64,000 nucleotides of DNA, taken from assembly GCF_006345805.1 (NCBI RefSeq), contig NC_043003.1:100750001-100814000 (forward strand), in the 5' to 3' direction. Of this stretch, positions 24,770 through 37,700 are shown one piece after another (position 1 is the first letter of the stretch; the number at the start of each line of letters is the position of its first letter). The notes below the pieces were generated by a model. It was given only the letters and a program-made list of their open reading frames with translations, was not told the DNA's origin and did no database searches. This DNA is from Octopus sinensis (lineage: Eukaryota). The position numbers were made by a program, and so were the translations under genes.

Positions 24770-27340
24770 CCGTTTGGCAATTCCATGCCCCTACAATTTA
24801 CTCTTTTTCCCCGCTTCAAAGTAAGCACCGCACACTTTGAGAGACCGAATTCCATCCCTATATCCTTGCTGCATATCTGCACAGTCTCAACCAGGCTCTC
24901 CATTTCAGGTTCTGCTTTTGCAAACAGTTTTAAATCATCCATGAAGAGAAGATGGTTGAGATGAGGTGTCCATCCTTTCTCAGCTCATAGTGTACACTGA
25001 TTTTACGCAGGAGTACAGAAAGTAGAATCAAGGCTATAACAAATAACAAAGATGATCAAGAGTCTCCTTGAAAGATACTGCTTTTGATTGCTACCTCATC
25101 TAAGTGCTGTTGTTACAGGAAAGACGTGTTTTCCAACTAGGCATGTTGTTCTTAATCAGTGCACACACATTCTCAGCTATTCCACACGTTGAATGTTTCC
25201 AAAATCCATGACTGCAGCAGCATGTCATAAGCCTTTTTGAAGTCTATCCAGGCCATGCATAAGATTTTTTGGTACCATTTACAGTTCTTCATTATAAACT
25301 TGTCTATCACAAGGTGGTCCTTGGTGCCCTTGGATCCTTTGTGGCATCCCTTTTGTTCTACTGACAGAAGATTATTTTCTGCAAGGAACGTATATAGTTT
25401 CCCTACGAGGGTACCTGTCAATACTTTCCATAGGAGGTTAAGACAAGCAATGGGTTGGTAACTGCCAACCTCATTGTCCTTTGACTGATCTTTCATTAAC
25501 AATGTTGTTCTTCCCTCTACCATCTACTCCAGAACTATACCACTCTGTAGGCAATTATCTAATTGCAACATAATTCTCTTGTGTATTGACCTAAACCACT
25601 TGAGCCAGTAGCCTTGAACTCCATCTGATCCTGCTGCTTTCCAGTTTGGCAGTTTTGATATCTGAACAAGGACATCTTCTACTGTTATGCACACATGGCC
25701 CTGTTGTGGAGCCTCTGGGTGATGAAGTTCAGATCTCATGGAATGAATCTACTCAGCTCTGTGGCTGTGTTGAACTTCTTGTCCCCAGATGCTATTCCAA
25801 AATTGGCAGGTTTCTTCTGCTTCAAGAGGTGAATTATCTTCTGTGCTTCCTCCTAAGCCCTTAAAAAACTGCCTCTGGTTGTTTGAGAATAACCGGTTTT
25901 GCTGGAACTGCAATATGTGGTCAATGTAGCACTGCACCTTTAATATTTTAGCCCACACACATTGTTTTAGGGTTTCAGTGACAGTTTTGAACCCTTTCTT
26001 TTCTATTTAGTACCTCGCGTTAAGATATGCCCTTGCACTTTCTTTTCTATTTTTCCATTGCCCTTTTGACCACTCTTCTATGAGGCTCAGATCTTTACAT
26101 AAAGTTAGAATATCACCTTCAATTCACCATGGCTCCTTCTCTCCATCTACTTTCCCCTCTTTCTTTCCAACCAGTTCACCTACTAAAATTGAAGCAGATC
26201 TGATCAAGTTCCTTGTTTCTTAGATCGCTTGTCAGACTGTGTTTCAGAGTTTCATCAACTTTTTGGGTTGCGTGTTTCACATTGTTACAGTCAAAGCTTC
26301 TTAGATTCACCGGCTTGGTCTCTGTTCTTGTAATTTTTATATCCTTGTGTATTTTCCTGAAGTTTCTCTGTTCCTCAGTCATATCCTCTCAGGGGTTTTC
26401 CACATTATATCGATTTACCAGTCTCTCCTCCACCACAGCTTCACCTTGCCAACACATTCGCTGATCTTTACCTACATTATTCTCCTTGAGGTTCTCTCCA
26501 CTAAAGAGGCTTTTCCCGATTGTCTGAATCTGGGCCTCATTAAGAAAGCTTCTATTCCAAACTATTCTTATTTGATTCATGAGTCCATTTTCAGTAACCT
26601 GGAACGTACCCAGCTGGTTCTAATGATCTTTTTCCAACAGCTTTTCATTTGCCATTGTCCTTATCTAGCAAGGCTTGTACATGGCACTGGATCCCCTTTT
26701 GGTTCATATCAACAGACCACTTGCATTTTCGAGCATATTACATAATTTGACCAGTACAAGGACTGTGTCTTGTAGTATGGCTAGCAGTTGTTGGATTACG
26801 ACTGGGCTCACCCTGCTGCACAGTGGGGCACCTGCCAGGTGCGGCACTTTCACCATTTGTTCTAGTCCTATTCACACCGTTATCATCATTTATTTTTCTT
26901 GGTATTTTCACTCACAAATGGGGTGTGTTTTTAGGTTACTACCAACTGGTACTTTTATCGAGACACCATCTCTATTAAGGTAATCCACCAAGGTGGCAGG
27001 GTCCTTGCTCCTCTGGTTTTACGCTTAGAGTGTTCCTTCTCCTAGGCTGCCTGCCACCCCAAGGCTAATGAGTACAGCCTACCTGGGGCACTGATTATTT
27101 GGAGGTACCAGATACTCACTTTTTCACAAACTTCTCCTGCTGGTTTCGCATAGGAGTCAGGCTTGACCACTATGACTAAGGAGTCTTATCTACATCAGTT
27201 TTGAAATCAGAGTATTCCTTCTCCTAGACAGACTGCCAACCAAGGCTCATGAGTTCTGTCCACCCATTTTCAGAATGGCCATTGACTCTTTAAGTTCCTC
27301 TGTCCTTTGCCGGGTTTTGCTTTCAGTCTTGCAGGGTGTC
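24770..27340 (-). mobile_element. Dong/R4-type non-LTR retrotransposon: 5' region through RT, 3'-truncated, decayed
   Basis: YQPIACLNLLWK, EQKGC.KGSKGTKDHLVID, AWIDFKKAYD and MDDLKLFAK...GMEFGLSKC motifs. Confidence 0.88.
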
Positions 27341-27429
27341 GAAAATCCACCCCCACTCACAATTATTACTATAATTATATTATTACTATAAGGCCATATT
27401 ATTATTATTATTACTATTATCAACTTGAC

Positions 27430-27670
27430 TCGGGTTCATTCTTATTCCCAGTAGAATTTATGTGGATAGCAGGGTACTACCTGTAACTTTAAGTATCCAC
27501 ATGCTTTCAGTAGTCTTTCAAGTATTTAAAACTCTCCTGATAATCTTTCTTGTCCCTAAGAGGCAAACTTTCTGTAGAAGCTCTACAGGACATTCTATTC
27601 CAATCTCCTTCAAACCAATTGTCTATATCTTTACTTCCAGTTTCCAATTATTACAGAAACAACCTTTATA
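27430..27670 (-). mobile_element. Dong/R4-type 3' end followed by a (TAA)n-like tail
   Basis: Degenerate VIIG...LLQKVCLLGTRKIIRRVL; (ATT)n tract at 27360-27420. Confidence 0.6.
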
Positions 27671-27948
27671 GTTTTCACACACAAAATTCTTGCAAATTCA
27701 AAATTATTATTATTATTGAGAGAGAGAGCAGCACATGCCATCAAAGTGACATGGATACAAATATAAGAAGCCCAATATATCCATCATGACTACCTATCTG
27801 ATAAGGGTACATCACATACATGCATCACAACCATATGTGCGTGACATGGTGATCTTATATTAAGATAAACAGGTGGGGCTTTATTAAAATTCTCTTCAGG
27901 TTGAGTAGCTCATCCCACTCAAAAGATCTCTAAATAAGGGTTGTTTAA

Positions 27949-28994
27949 CCCTTTCGTTACTATATTTCTGACCAAAATTATGTGTTTCAATTAATTTCTA
28001 ACGTAATCATAAATTTAGTCTGGTTTCATTAAACAACTATAACTTTTTTATTTATTAATATATTAACTTGAATTTTGGAAGATAATTTAATGAAATGTTC
28101 TCAACCAATTCTATACTATAATTTTTGTCACAAAGTGACCCTAATTGCAGGTAGATACAGGTAAAGTCAACAAAATATAAAATTATTAAAATTTTGTTCA
28201 AACATCGCTATAGAAAATGGGTTATTAGCTAATATTCAATTGGGTATACAACAAAATTTTACGATAGAATTTGTTATTCTGGGTAACTTTCTGATACCCA
28301 TAATAATATTTATGGCAAAATAGTCTTAATTTCATTTAAGGTTATGGGAAACCACTAACTATCCGTTCTTTCGCTTTGTTTACGTTTAGCGTAACGGTTC
28401 GTTTCCGCCGTAATGATTTCAAATAGGCTCATTCGAAAAAGTAAAAAGAAATAGTCTAAGGCTTTACTCTTCTGGGAAAGTCTGTGGCTTGGTCCAGTTT
28501 CTTCAGAAAAATCACCGAAAGAAACAGTTTTTAAATTTTCACTCCATTCAGGTGCCAATTCATTTTCTTTATCACTGTTTTCACTTTCGGAAAATGAAAC
28601 ATCAGATTCATTATCAAATACCACGTGCTTTTTTTTTCAGTCATAGAGTTAGATTTATGAAGGTCTTCAGTAGAAAATCCTTTGAATTCTGACTCGCTGC
28701 TTGATATAATGGAATTCGTATCCATTTTTTGTCAGAATTACAAATTTTGAAAACACAATAGGAACAAATTTCAGAAAAAAATCTCCCAAAATTCACGGAA
28801 TTAAAATTACACTTCGACTTTTGTACAAAACTGTAGTTGAACTCTCTACGAAGTATAATACGTGTTTTCATGAATGTACTAAAGAGATTTGCTCTGATAT
28901 TCTCATTTAAATATGAATAGGTAAATTCGGGCGGTTTTGGGCAGCTTGGTCACATTAACCAAAATTCTTTTCGGGCGGTTTGGTAACGAAAGGG
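27949..28994 (-). mobile_element. Non-autonomous piggyBac derivative, complete
   Basis: TTAA TSDs (27945-48, 28995-98); perfect 12-bp TIR CCCTTTCGTTAC; residual LDYFFLLF..EIITAETNRYA...WFPITLNEIK; interrupts an older repeat. Confidence 0.95.
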
Positions 28995-29304
28995 TTAAGG
29001 ATGCTGAACAAAACACCTATGTTTCCAGAGATGAATTGTTTAAACCACAAAGAATTCCTCTCGACACATGGCTATGATGCTCCCCAACTACTTCTGCTCA
29101 TGATCAGAAATGCATATATCATCAACCACTAAGGGATATGCTCAACTGATTAAGGGCAAGCAACTGATAAGCAAACCTGTGATATTGAGCAGAATATTTG
29201 CTGTAGCCCATCTTTTACACCAAGACAAAACATATACAGGATAACACTTCCAACCAGTTGAGACCAGAAGCTATGAGAGCCACTATTATTATTATTATTA
29301 TTAT

Positions 29305-29384
<80 letters not shown>

Positions 29385-29612
29385 AACTCAGGTTTTGTTG
29401 AAACTTATGGGATCTTGCATGAGTTGTTCCTCTTTTTTCAATTTTGTTACCATTTCTTGCTGAGTGTCTTTCTAAGACCTAGGGTAAAGAAACTCATTGT
29501 ATACATTGATAGGCCATTAAACTAAACACACCAAATTTTCAAAATGAAATGATGTTATATGAAAAAAAATACATGGGTAGTAAGTGTTATTATTACCATT
29601 ATTATTCTGCAT

Positions 29613-30002
29613 AGGCACAGGAGTGGTAAGTAGCTTGCTTACCAACCACATGGTTCCGGGTTCAGTCCCACTGCATGGCACCTTGGGCAAGTATCTTCTA
29701 CTATAGCCTCAGGCTGACCAAAGCCTTGTGAGTGGATTTGGTAGATGGAAACTGAAAGAAGCCCGTCGTATACATGAATATATATATATGTGTGTGCATG
29801 TTTGTGTGTCTGTGTTTGTCCCCCCAACATCGCTTGACAACCGATGCTGGTGTGCTTATGTCCCTGTAACTCAACGGTTCAGCAAGAGAGACTGATAGAA
29901 TAAGTACTAGGCTTACAAAGAATAAGTCCTGGGGTCAATTTGCTCGACTAAATGTGGTGCTCCAGCATGGCCACAGTCAAATGACTGAAACAAGTAAAGA
30001 GT
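29613..30002 (+). mobile_element. Full-length cephalopod-type SINE
   Basis: tRNA-like head (gtggtaagtagcttgctt...ggttcagtccc), central (TA/TG)n, conserved tail ending gactgaaacaagtaaagagt. Confidence 0.88.
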
Positions 30003-30089
30003 ATCACACAGTATCCAATATCGAGATGTTGTTGATTGAAAATATTGTCTAGGGGAAGAGGGTACTGTCTGTCAAGTCACAACAAGGAC

Positions 30090-31070
30090 CTCCGACTGAC
30101 AATACTTTACACAATATGCATGCAGTTCCAAGTCATGCTGATATTTGCCATACACCTAGATTGTAGGGGATTTTGAAAGTTTCCAGATGTTTCTTCAGGT
30201 ATTGAACCCAATGCTCCAATGACAATAGGGACAACCTTTATGTTTGACTCTCGTAGCTGCCACATCTTGATGATCTCTATTCCCAGGTCTCCATATTTAT
30301 CCATCTTTTCTCTTTCTTTCATGCCTGCACTTGTACTCTCTCTGTGCAAGACTTTCACAAGTACTAACAATGTGGATTACACTTTTGACCCTCTTCCCTC
30401 ACATTCTGCAGAGATTCATAGCAATTGTGTGGTACATATCCTGAGTTGGTATTCAATGTCTGGTCCTGGGCAGAGAGGATTAGACTTTCAGTCATCTTTT
30501 TTAGGTCACTCTTGCTAAGCCACCTCCATGATGCTCCCTGGTCTTTTAATTTGTTAGTTTCATGATGGAACTAACCATGTAAATCCATGCGAAGTAGAGT
30601 TTCTTCTCTCTCATTGACTATTCATGATCAGAATTCATTAGCACTTTCAAGTCCATTTTTGCTAAATCCTTCTACATTAGCAGTATACTGTAGCAGGTCT
30701 TGCTTGCTGCTTACCAAATATTCTTCTTTCACTGTTGATGCACTCCCATACGCTAATCAGCTCAAATCCACCTTTACACCTCTTCATGTAGTGCCTTTAT
30801 ATGTTTGCCTTAGGGTGAAGGGCACCATGCATTGTCATCGTCTTTCAAGTAGTGTGAGCAAGCTGGTTAATCTCTGCTCATGTCTGTTAGCAACAGCTCA
30901 TATGTTCCTTGAGTTGAGATTTGATTTCAAGAGAAGTTTCAGGGACTTCAAATATTCAGTGATATACTTGTCTTACATTTCTCTGTGCAAGATATTGTCC
31001 AGCTCCAGGATCCCAAGGTACTTGTACCCATCATCATTCAGGTCTTCCATTCTCTCTCTGCTCCTTTCCC
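30090..31070 (-). mobile_element. Dong/R4-type LINE 3' half (RT thumb + RLE)
   Basis: YKYLGILELDNILHRE..., KEREKMDKYGDLGIEI.KMW..KVVPIVIGALG. Confidence 0.8.
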
Positions 31071-31094
31071 CAATTATTAATATTATTACTATCA

Positions 31095-31430
31095 GTGAAG
31101 GTGCATAGCTCAGTGGTTAGATCATCAAGCTTACAATCATGAGGTTGTGAGTTCAATTCCCAGACCGGGCTGCATGTTGTGTTCTTGAGCATGATACTTT
31201 ATTTCACGCTGCTCCAGTTAACTCTGCTGTAGAAATGAGTTGCAACATCACTGGTGCCAAACTGTATTGGGTTTTGCTTTTCCCTTGGATAACATCAGTG
31301 GTGTGGAAAGGGGAGGCTGGTATGTATGGGCGACTGCTGGCCTTCCATAAACAACCTTGACTGGACTTGGCCTCGGAGGTTAACTTTCTAGGTGCAATCC
31401 CATGGTCATTCATGACCAAAGGGGGTCTCC
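31095..31430 (+). mobile_element. tRNA-derived SINE, second family
   Basis: A box TAGCTCAGTGG and B box GTTCAATTCCC followed by an unrelated body; no CCA/acceptor-stem closure. Confidence 0.75.
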
Positions 31431-31452
31431 TCCTCCTCCTACAATTATTATT

Positions 31453-31487
<35 letters not shown>

Positions 31488-32757
31488 TATCATCATTTTA
31501 CACTGTTTGTTATTATTATTATTTCTTAATCAGTTACACCATTTTTCTTATTGTTTCATTAGACTGATGTAAAAAAGAAAACTGCAAATCCTATGAGAGT
31601 CATAAGACTAGCTTATGTTCCTCTTGAACAAATGTAAGTCAACAGCTGCATGAAAAAAGTGTGCAGGTAAGGAATTCCACAGAGACAGTATGAAGGGAGG
31701 AAGGATTGGGCATAAGTAGAGGGCTTGTGCATGTGCATGAATGTGATTTTTGACACCACACATCAATCACTATTGGACTTTATGAAATACAAAATAGATC
31801 AAGAAATGAAATGATAGTGATACATTTGTACACTACTGGACTTAAGTAACAAAAGAGTTACTCAAAACTACCTGAAAGGATTCCCTACAATTAAGCAAGA
31901 GAGAGAGAGAAATTTTCTGATAGGATGCTTGTGGATCACAAGTAACACTCCACTCTACAAGAAAAGCTTAACTGAGGACTGTAAACCAATGAAACACCAG
32001 TCAATTTGACAGTAGTAAACTATACAAACTAGTAGTACTTAACTATAGCTGGATGGTGCAAATGAGACCTAACTGTTTCAACTATGGTCAAAGTGCAGCA
32101 TCAGTGATAGAATAGAAAGTACTGAATCTACTCAGTTGATTGACCAATATTTATTAACTCAGCTATTCAAGCCATTTGACTAAATCGTGTTCATTATCTC
32201 AACAGAGACAATATAATGAGAAATCCTTTTTAACAAATGCAACAAAAAAAGTGAAGATTAATAGAGATATTTTTTAAATAAGTACCTCTGGCTAGGTAAC
32301 TATGTATCTCCTTTATGGCAGCACACCTCTTTCTTAACTCTCCCTCTCTTTCTAGGTGACCATGTCCCTCCTCTTCAGCAGTACACCTATTCTGCCTTCA
32401 TTCTTCTTAACTCTTGCTCTCTTTTTCTCACTCTCTTCCCCTCTCTCTCTCCCTCTCTCTAGATGAGTAACCATGTACCTGCGCAACAGCAACACATCTG
32501 TTTCTATCTCTCTGTCACACCTTTCATCATCTGACACAAGATCACCTTCTCCGGTGTCCCCTTCTCTCGCCCACACAATCTGTCTTAGGAACAATGAATG
32601 ACAAAACAAAATATCAAAGAAAAAATGTCTAGCTAGACAAATAATACACTCCCCCAAAAGGAAGGACAACAAGAAACTCTCGGTTCTTGCATGACTTTGT
32701 ATTTATTTGATCTTTTAGCACAAACATGGCTAATTACGGAACAAAATTTATACTTAC

Positions 32758-32848
32758 TTTTCATAAACGAGTTCATCATCAATAGAAAAATAGTGAACAT
32801 TAGGCTTTGATCGTGGTCTGCCTCGGAGTGTAGCAAAGTACAGCCGAT
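32758..32848 (-). CDS. CDC14: CDC14 internal exon (91 nt): (D)[29 protein letters not shown](N)
   Basis: ttttatag acceptor and GTAAGT donor; matches CDC14[32 protein letters not shown]; ends in phase 2 and joins 7577 to restore N-F-Y. Confidence 0.96.
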
Positions 32849-33729
32849 CTATAAAATAAACAATAAAAAGATTCATTTATTTATTGCTTCTGGCATAATT
32901 AGATAATAGTTCATTAACAGTATATCTATTCATCTATGAAGTTGATTGATGTCTCTGAGAAAGACCACCTCGAACAGGGCACTATCAATATAACCAACTA
33001 TAGTATAAACAGTAATATTTAAATATAACCAAACTTCATTGCCTGATACCATTATATATGCATAAAATGACAAAGCAGCTGTCATTCTGGGTCAGAACAG
33101 ACTTGGGAGTAATGTTAATTAAGATGTTATTCTAAACTCCTCACAAATCCAGAAATCTTGAACTAGAATCTTACCACTGGATGCAGGATACACACACACA
33201 CACACACATTTTTTGCATTTTGCAATAATGCAGACATGTAAGTATATTATTATTAATAAGCCTTTACATAAATAAATAACGTGAAATACACGAAGGGACA
33301 AACAAAAAAACAAACGGGTCATTCAAAGCCTTCATTCTTCAGTCAGAAACTGATCCCTCATCGCAGATTTCGGCTGTTTAATTCTGAGATCCGCTCTGAA
33401 TCAGCAAATATGATAATATAAGTTATTTGCATGTTTTTGAGTTGCAAAACGAATTTGTTGTGATGTTTGGATTTTTGTTTTGTTAAATAATGGTTCAACT
33501 AAATATTTTCTGTCATTTATGACTTTATACACTCCTTCTTTTTTTCTTGTACAACAAGTAACCAGAAACATTTTCTGAGACAAGCCCATTTTAGTCCAGG
33601 CTTCTGCCACTAGAAGCCACTTGATGCGACCCTCAGGGCATGTCTGCTGACCAGCATTATTGTCTGGTGAGGTCGTACTACCATGAGGTACATCTTTGTT
33701 TTGCAGTGCTTCTTGTTTGTTGATTTTTG

Positions 33730-34210
33730 CAAGGCTGAAACAAAGAAACAGAATGCTTCCATAAAATTCTACTTTCTGCTGGGGAAAACAGTGGCTGAAA
33801 CAGCTGTCATGCTTTAAACAGCTTACAAGGTTGCTACCATGAACAAAACACAAGTTTACAAGTAGTTTCCACACTTTAGGAATGGTCACTTATCACTCAT
33901 TCAAGATGACCGACAACCTCCTGAACGAATGAAAACAACATGAAAATTCATGAACTAATTTTGAAGGACTGTCACCGAAAAATTGATGAACTTGTTGATA
34001 TGACTGATCTGTCCTGGAACTCCTGCAATGAATTTTGAGTGAGGAATCACAAATGAAAAGAGTTGGAGCAAAATTTGTACCTCACTTCCTCACAGAAGAT
34101 GAAAAGCAGTCATGGCTGAATGCATGTCATGAACTGAAAGAATAGTTGGAAGTAGATCTGCACCTTTCTTCGAAGGTCATCACGATTGACAATAGCTGGT
34201 GCTATGGACT
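33730..34210 (+). mobile_element. Mariner (irritans-like) N-terminal fragment
   Basis: QNASIKFYFLLGKTVAET...KRVGAKFVPHFLTEDEK...SKVITIDNSWCYG. Confidence 0.7.
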
Positions 34211-34520
34211 ATGCAGATGTAGAAGAGGTGAAGAAAAATACAATGGAGGTGTTAATATGCATCCCTTCGTAAGAGTATCCACACTGCTAAGAACAATGGA
34301 AAATGCATCTGCACTAATGCCTTACTTCAAATGCAGAATAATCTGAAAGTGATAAAAGTCTAATTGAATAAAATAGTATTGCAAAATTCTGGTTTCTCTT
34401 GGGTATATTACAATATTTTCTATATGATTTATAGCTCATACACCAAGGAACTTTTTTTATGAATACTACTGGAACAGTTCAATCCAATATATTCTGACTT
34501 AAATATTTATGTGTATATAC

Positions 34521-34554
<34 letters not shown>

Positions 34555-34565
34555 ATATATATATG

Positions 34566-34597
<32 letters not shown>

Positions 34598-34610
34598 GTG
34601 TGTATACATA

Positions 34611-34647
<37 letters not shown>

Positions 34648-34669
34648 TGTGTGTGTGTGTGTGTATATA

Positions 34670-34699
<30 letters not shown>

Positions 34700-34700
<1 letters not shown>

Positions 34701-35020
34701 CTTATTATAAAAGGCAGATTTTATCTGCCTCCCTTTGTCTCTTATAGAAATCTACAATATAGGATTTCTTCAATTACAATTTACCTAGCATTTTTAAGAG
34801 TAGAATAAATCGGGTCGTGCCAGGTCCAGTTTTTAAAATTTCAACCCCAATTAAGCAAAATTTAGAGAAAACTCACATTGTGGTGTGTTAGTCAAGTGCT
34901 TTTCTTAGTGTGGGCTATAGCACACGCACACACACACACACACACAAAAAAAGGGAGTGATCTGTTTCACTCACGCTATCACTCTAATTTCTACGACTTT
35001 CTCTTTGCAAGTTTGCAACG
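34700..35020 (+). mobile_element. Non-autonomous Helitron-like 5' end
   Basis: A|TCTTATTATAAAAGG start directly after (TA)n, resembling other Helitron 5' termini here. Confidence 0.5.
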
Positions 35021-35023
35021 ATT

Positions 35024-35677
35024 AAAGTGAAAACAGTGAATCCGAGAGCTCCGACAGCGATAAAGAAAATGAATTGGCACCTGAATGGAGTGAAAATTTA
35101 AAAACTGTTTCTTTCGGTGATTTTTCTGAAGAAACTGGACCAAGCCACAGACTTTCCCAGAAGAGTAAAGCCTTAGACTATTTCTTTTTACTTTTTCGAA
35201 TGAGCCCATTTGAAATCATTACGGCGGAAACAAACTGTTAAGCTAAACGTAAACAAAGCGAAAGAAAGGATAGTTTGTTATTTCCCACAACCTTAAATGA
35301 AATTAAGACTATTTTGCCATAAATATTATGGGTATCAGAAAGTTACCCGGAATAACAAATTCCATCGTAAAATTTTGTTGTATACCCAATTGAATATTAG
35401 CTAATAACCCATTTTCTATAGCAATGTTTGAACAAAATTTTAATAATTTTATATTTTGTTGAATTTACCTGTATCTACCTGCAATTAGGGTCACTTTGTG
35501 ACAAAAATTATAGTATAGAATTGGTTGACAACATTTCATTAAATTATCTTCCAAAATTCATGATAAATAAAAAAGTTATAGTTGTTTAATGAAACCAGAC
35601 TAAATTTATGATTACGTTAGAAATTAATTGAAACACATAAGGGGTGTATTTTGGTTAGAAATATAGTAACGAAAGGG
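35024..35677 (+). mobile_element. piggyBac derivative, one end missing (same family as 27949-28994)
   Basis: Near-identical internal sequence; ends GTAACGAAAGGG followed by TTAA (35678-81). Confidence 0.9.
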
Positions 35678-35789
35678 TTAAGAAAAAGCAAAAAATATTT
35701 TATTCTTTATAAATGTTGTGTTCAAAATAACATGTTGTGTTCAAAATAACATATACACAAAGTATGTGTATATAACTACATGGCTTATA

Positions 35790-36183
35790 TCTTTATATAT
35801 AAAAGTGAAGTTGTGTGTCTGTCTCCTACGATTTAGATTTGTAACTACTCCCACATTTTGCGGCGCAGTGTAACCAAAACCGGGTATCTTATAGTCGTGA
35901 TTCATATCGAGCCCTTCTGGGTATTAGCGTGCGTCTACGATGAGTCTACGATTTTAAAAAAATTTACCATCATATTATTCCATTTTAATGCATTTTTTCG
36001 CTATTATATAAGGGAAGTAACTCTCTAAAAATATCTACGATGTGTCAAAGATTAAAAAAAAAAATTTACCTTAATTTTTTTTCCATTTTTAATGCATTTT
36101 TTTGCTATATTTTGGCTATAACTCTCTAAAAATGCTTATATAGTTATTTCCTTACAAACCGAGCAACGCGGGCGACACTGTAG
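35790..36183 (+). mobile_element. Non-autonomous Helitron
   Basis: A|TC start, 3' GC hairpin (ccgagcaacgcggg) and ...ctgTAG|T end. Confidence 0.8.
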
Positions 36184-36203
36184 TATATATATATATATAT
36201 ATA

Positions 36204-36429
36204 CTAGCAGTGTCGCCCGGCGTTGCTAGGGTTTGTAAGGGAATAACTATATAGCATTTTTAGAGAGTTATAGCCAAAATATAGCAAAAAATGCATTAAA
36301 AATGGAAAAAAAATTATGGTAAATTTTTTTTTTAAATCTTTGACACATCGTAGATATTTTTAGAGAGTTACTTCCCTGATATAATAGCGAAAAAATGCAT
36401 TAAAATGGAATAATATGATGTAAATTTTT
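36204..36429 (-). mobile_element. Inverted second copy of the same Helitron 3' half, cut by the gap
   Basis: CTAG at 36204-07; reverse-complement match to 35960-36183. Confidence 0.8.
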
Positions 36430-36529
36430 NNNNNNNNNNNNNNNNNNNNNNNNNNNNNNNNNNNNNNNNNNNNNNNNNNNNNNNNNNNNNNNNNNNNNNN
36501 NNNNNNNNNNNNNNNNNNNNNNNNNNNNN
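36430..36529. other. Assembly gap (100 N, true size unknown)
   Basis: Exactly 100 N. Confidence 0.99.
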
Positions 36530-37700
36530 GCTGAAAAGTTCCTGGCTTTGGATAAAAGAAAAGCTGTAGGATCAGTTGATCATGAGTTTACCCAACATAT
36601 TCCCCTCTCAGATTCACACACTTATTGCAGTTGTCTTTCAGTTTTTCTATGGCTTGTAAAAAGAACTCAGAAGGTTGGGCCTCTAACCAGGCCTATGTAA
36701 TAGCAATCACTTCCAAATCTGAGTGAAATTTAATTCCCTTAAGATGTTTCTTAAGTTGTGGAAAGAGGTGATAGTTGGAGGGGGCCAAGTCATAAAAGTA
36801 AGTTAGATGGTCTACAAATTCAAAGCCAAAGTCGCTTATTTTTCTTAGAGTTTTGTGTGCTGGTGCATTGTCCTGAAAAAACAGGACACCATGGCTCAGC
36901 TTTCCATGGTGTTTCTGCTTCAAAGCTTCATGCAATTCATCCAAGAGAGACTTATAGTATTCTGTGTTGATGGTGTGGCCTTTTGGCAACTCTTTGTCCC
37001 AAAACACTGAAGCCAAAATCTTTTCAGCTAACTTCCAGGTTTGAAAATGCTTGTGATGTATTGAACCTCTGTAGTGTCACTCCATTGATTGTTGGTTGGT
37101 CTGGGAACCATAATGATGGGGCTAAGGTTCGTCCATGGTGACTAAATGAGCCATAAAATTAACTTTCTTCACTGCAAACCAGTCCAAAAATTGATTTTGG
37201 TGTTGTCACTTATATGCTTCTGATCTGCGTTCAAGGTATTTCAACACCTATTTATGGAAAGCCTTTTCATGTCTGAATGATGTGGTCAATTCTTTTGAGA
37301 AATCCCCAGAGTCTCAGCTATGACTTTAGCTGAAATCCTGTGGCCCTTGAGAATCATGACAGGCACTGCATTGGTTTTGTACTCTGTGATTATGGAAGTT
37401 GGCTGTCCTGACCAGGTTTTATCTGTGACTTCGAAATGACCTCTTTGAAACCTTGACACCCTGACTTTCATTGTGGAGTAAGGTGGGCAGCCATCCTTCA
37501 AGACTTCTTTTGTCTTGGATTTCCACTGCTCCTTTGCCTTGCAAAAAGAGAAACTTCATGATCACCCATTCTTCAATTTTATAAAAATCCACTGTAGGAG
37601 CTGTTATCATGCATTAAATCTGCAGAAAAGAGAAGGATGTATTGGTAACAGCTCTACCTTTTCACAATACCTATAAAGCCAGGAACTTTTCAGCACTCCA
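36530..37700 (-). mobile_element. Mariner (irritans-like), decayed
   Basis: TIR gctgaaaagttcctggcttt at both ends; QDNAPAH and YFYDLAPSNYHLFPQLK motifs. Confidence 0.88.

Noticed and set aside
31095-31170. tRNA gene (also the SINE heads at 29613 and elsewhere)
   Set aside because: A/B boxes are present but there is no complete cloverleaf, and the sequence continues into SINE bodies.
32352-32672. 106-aa charged ORF close to the CDC14 exon
   Set aside because: Arises from a degenerate purine-rich repeat (similar to 46640-47280); not in phase with CDC14 and no homology.
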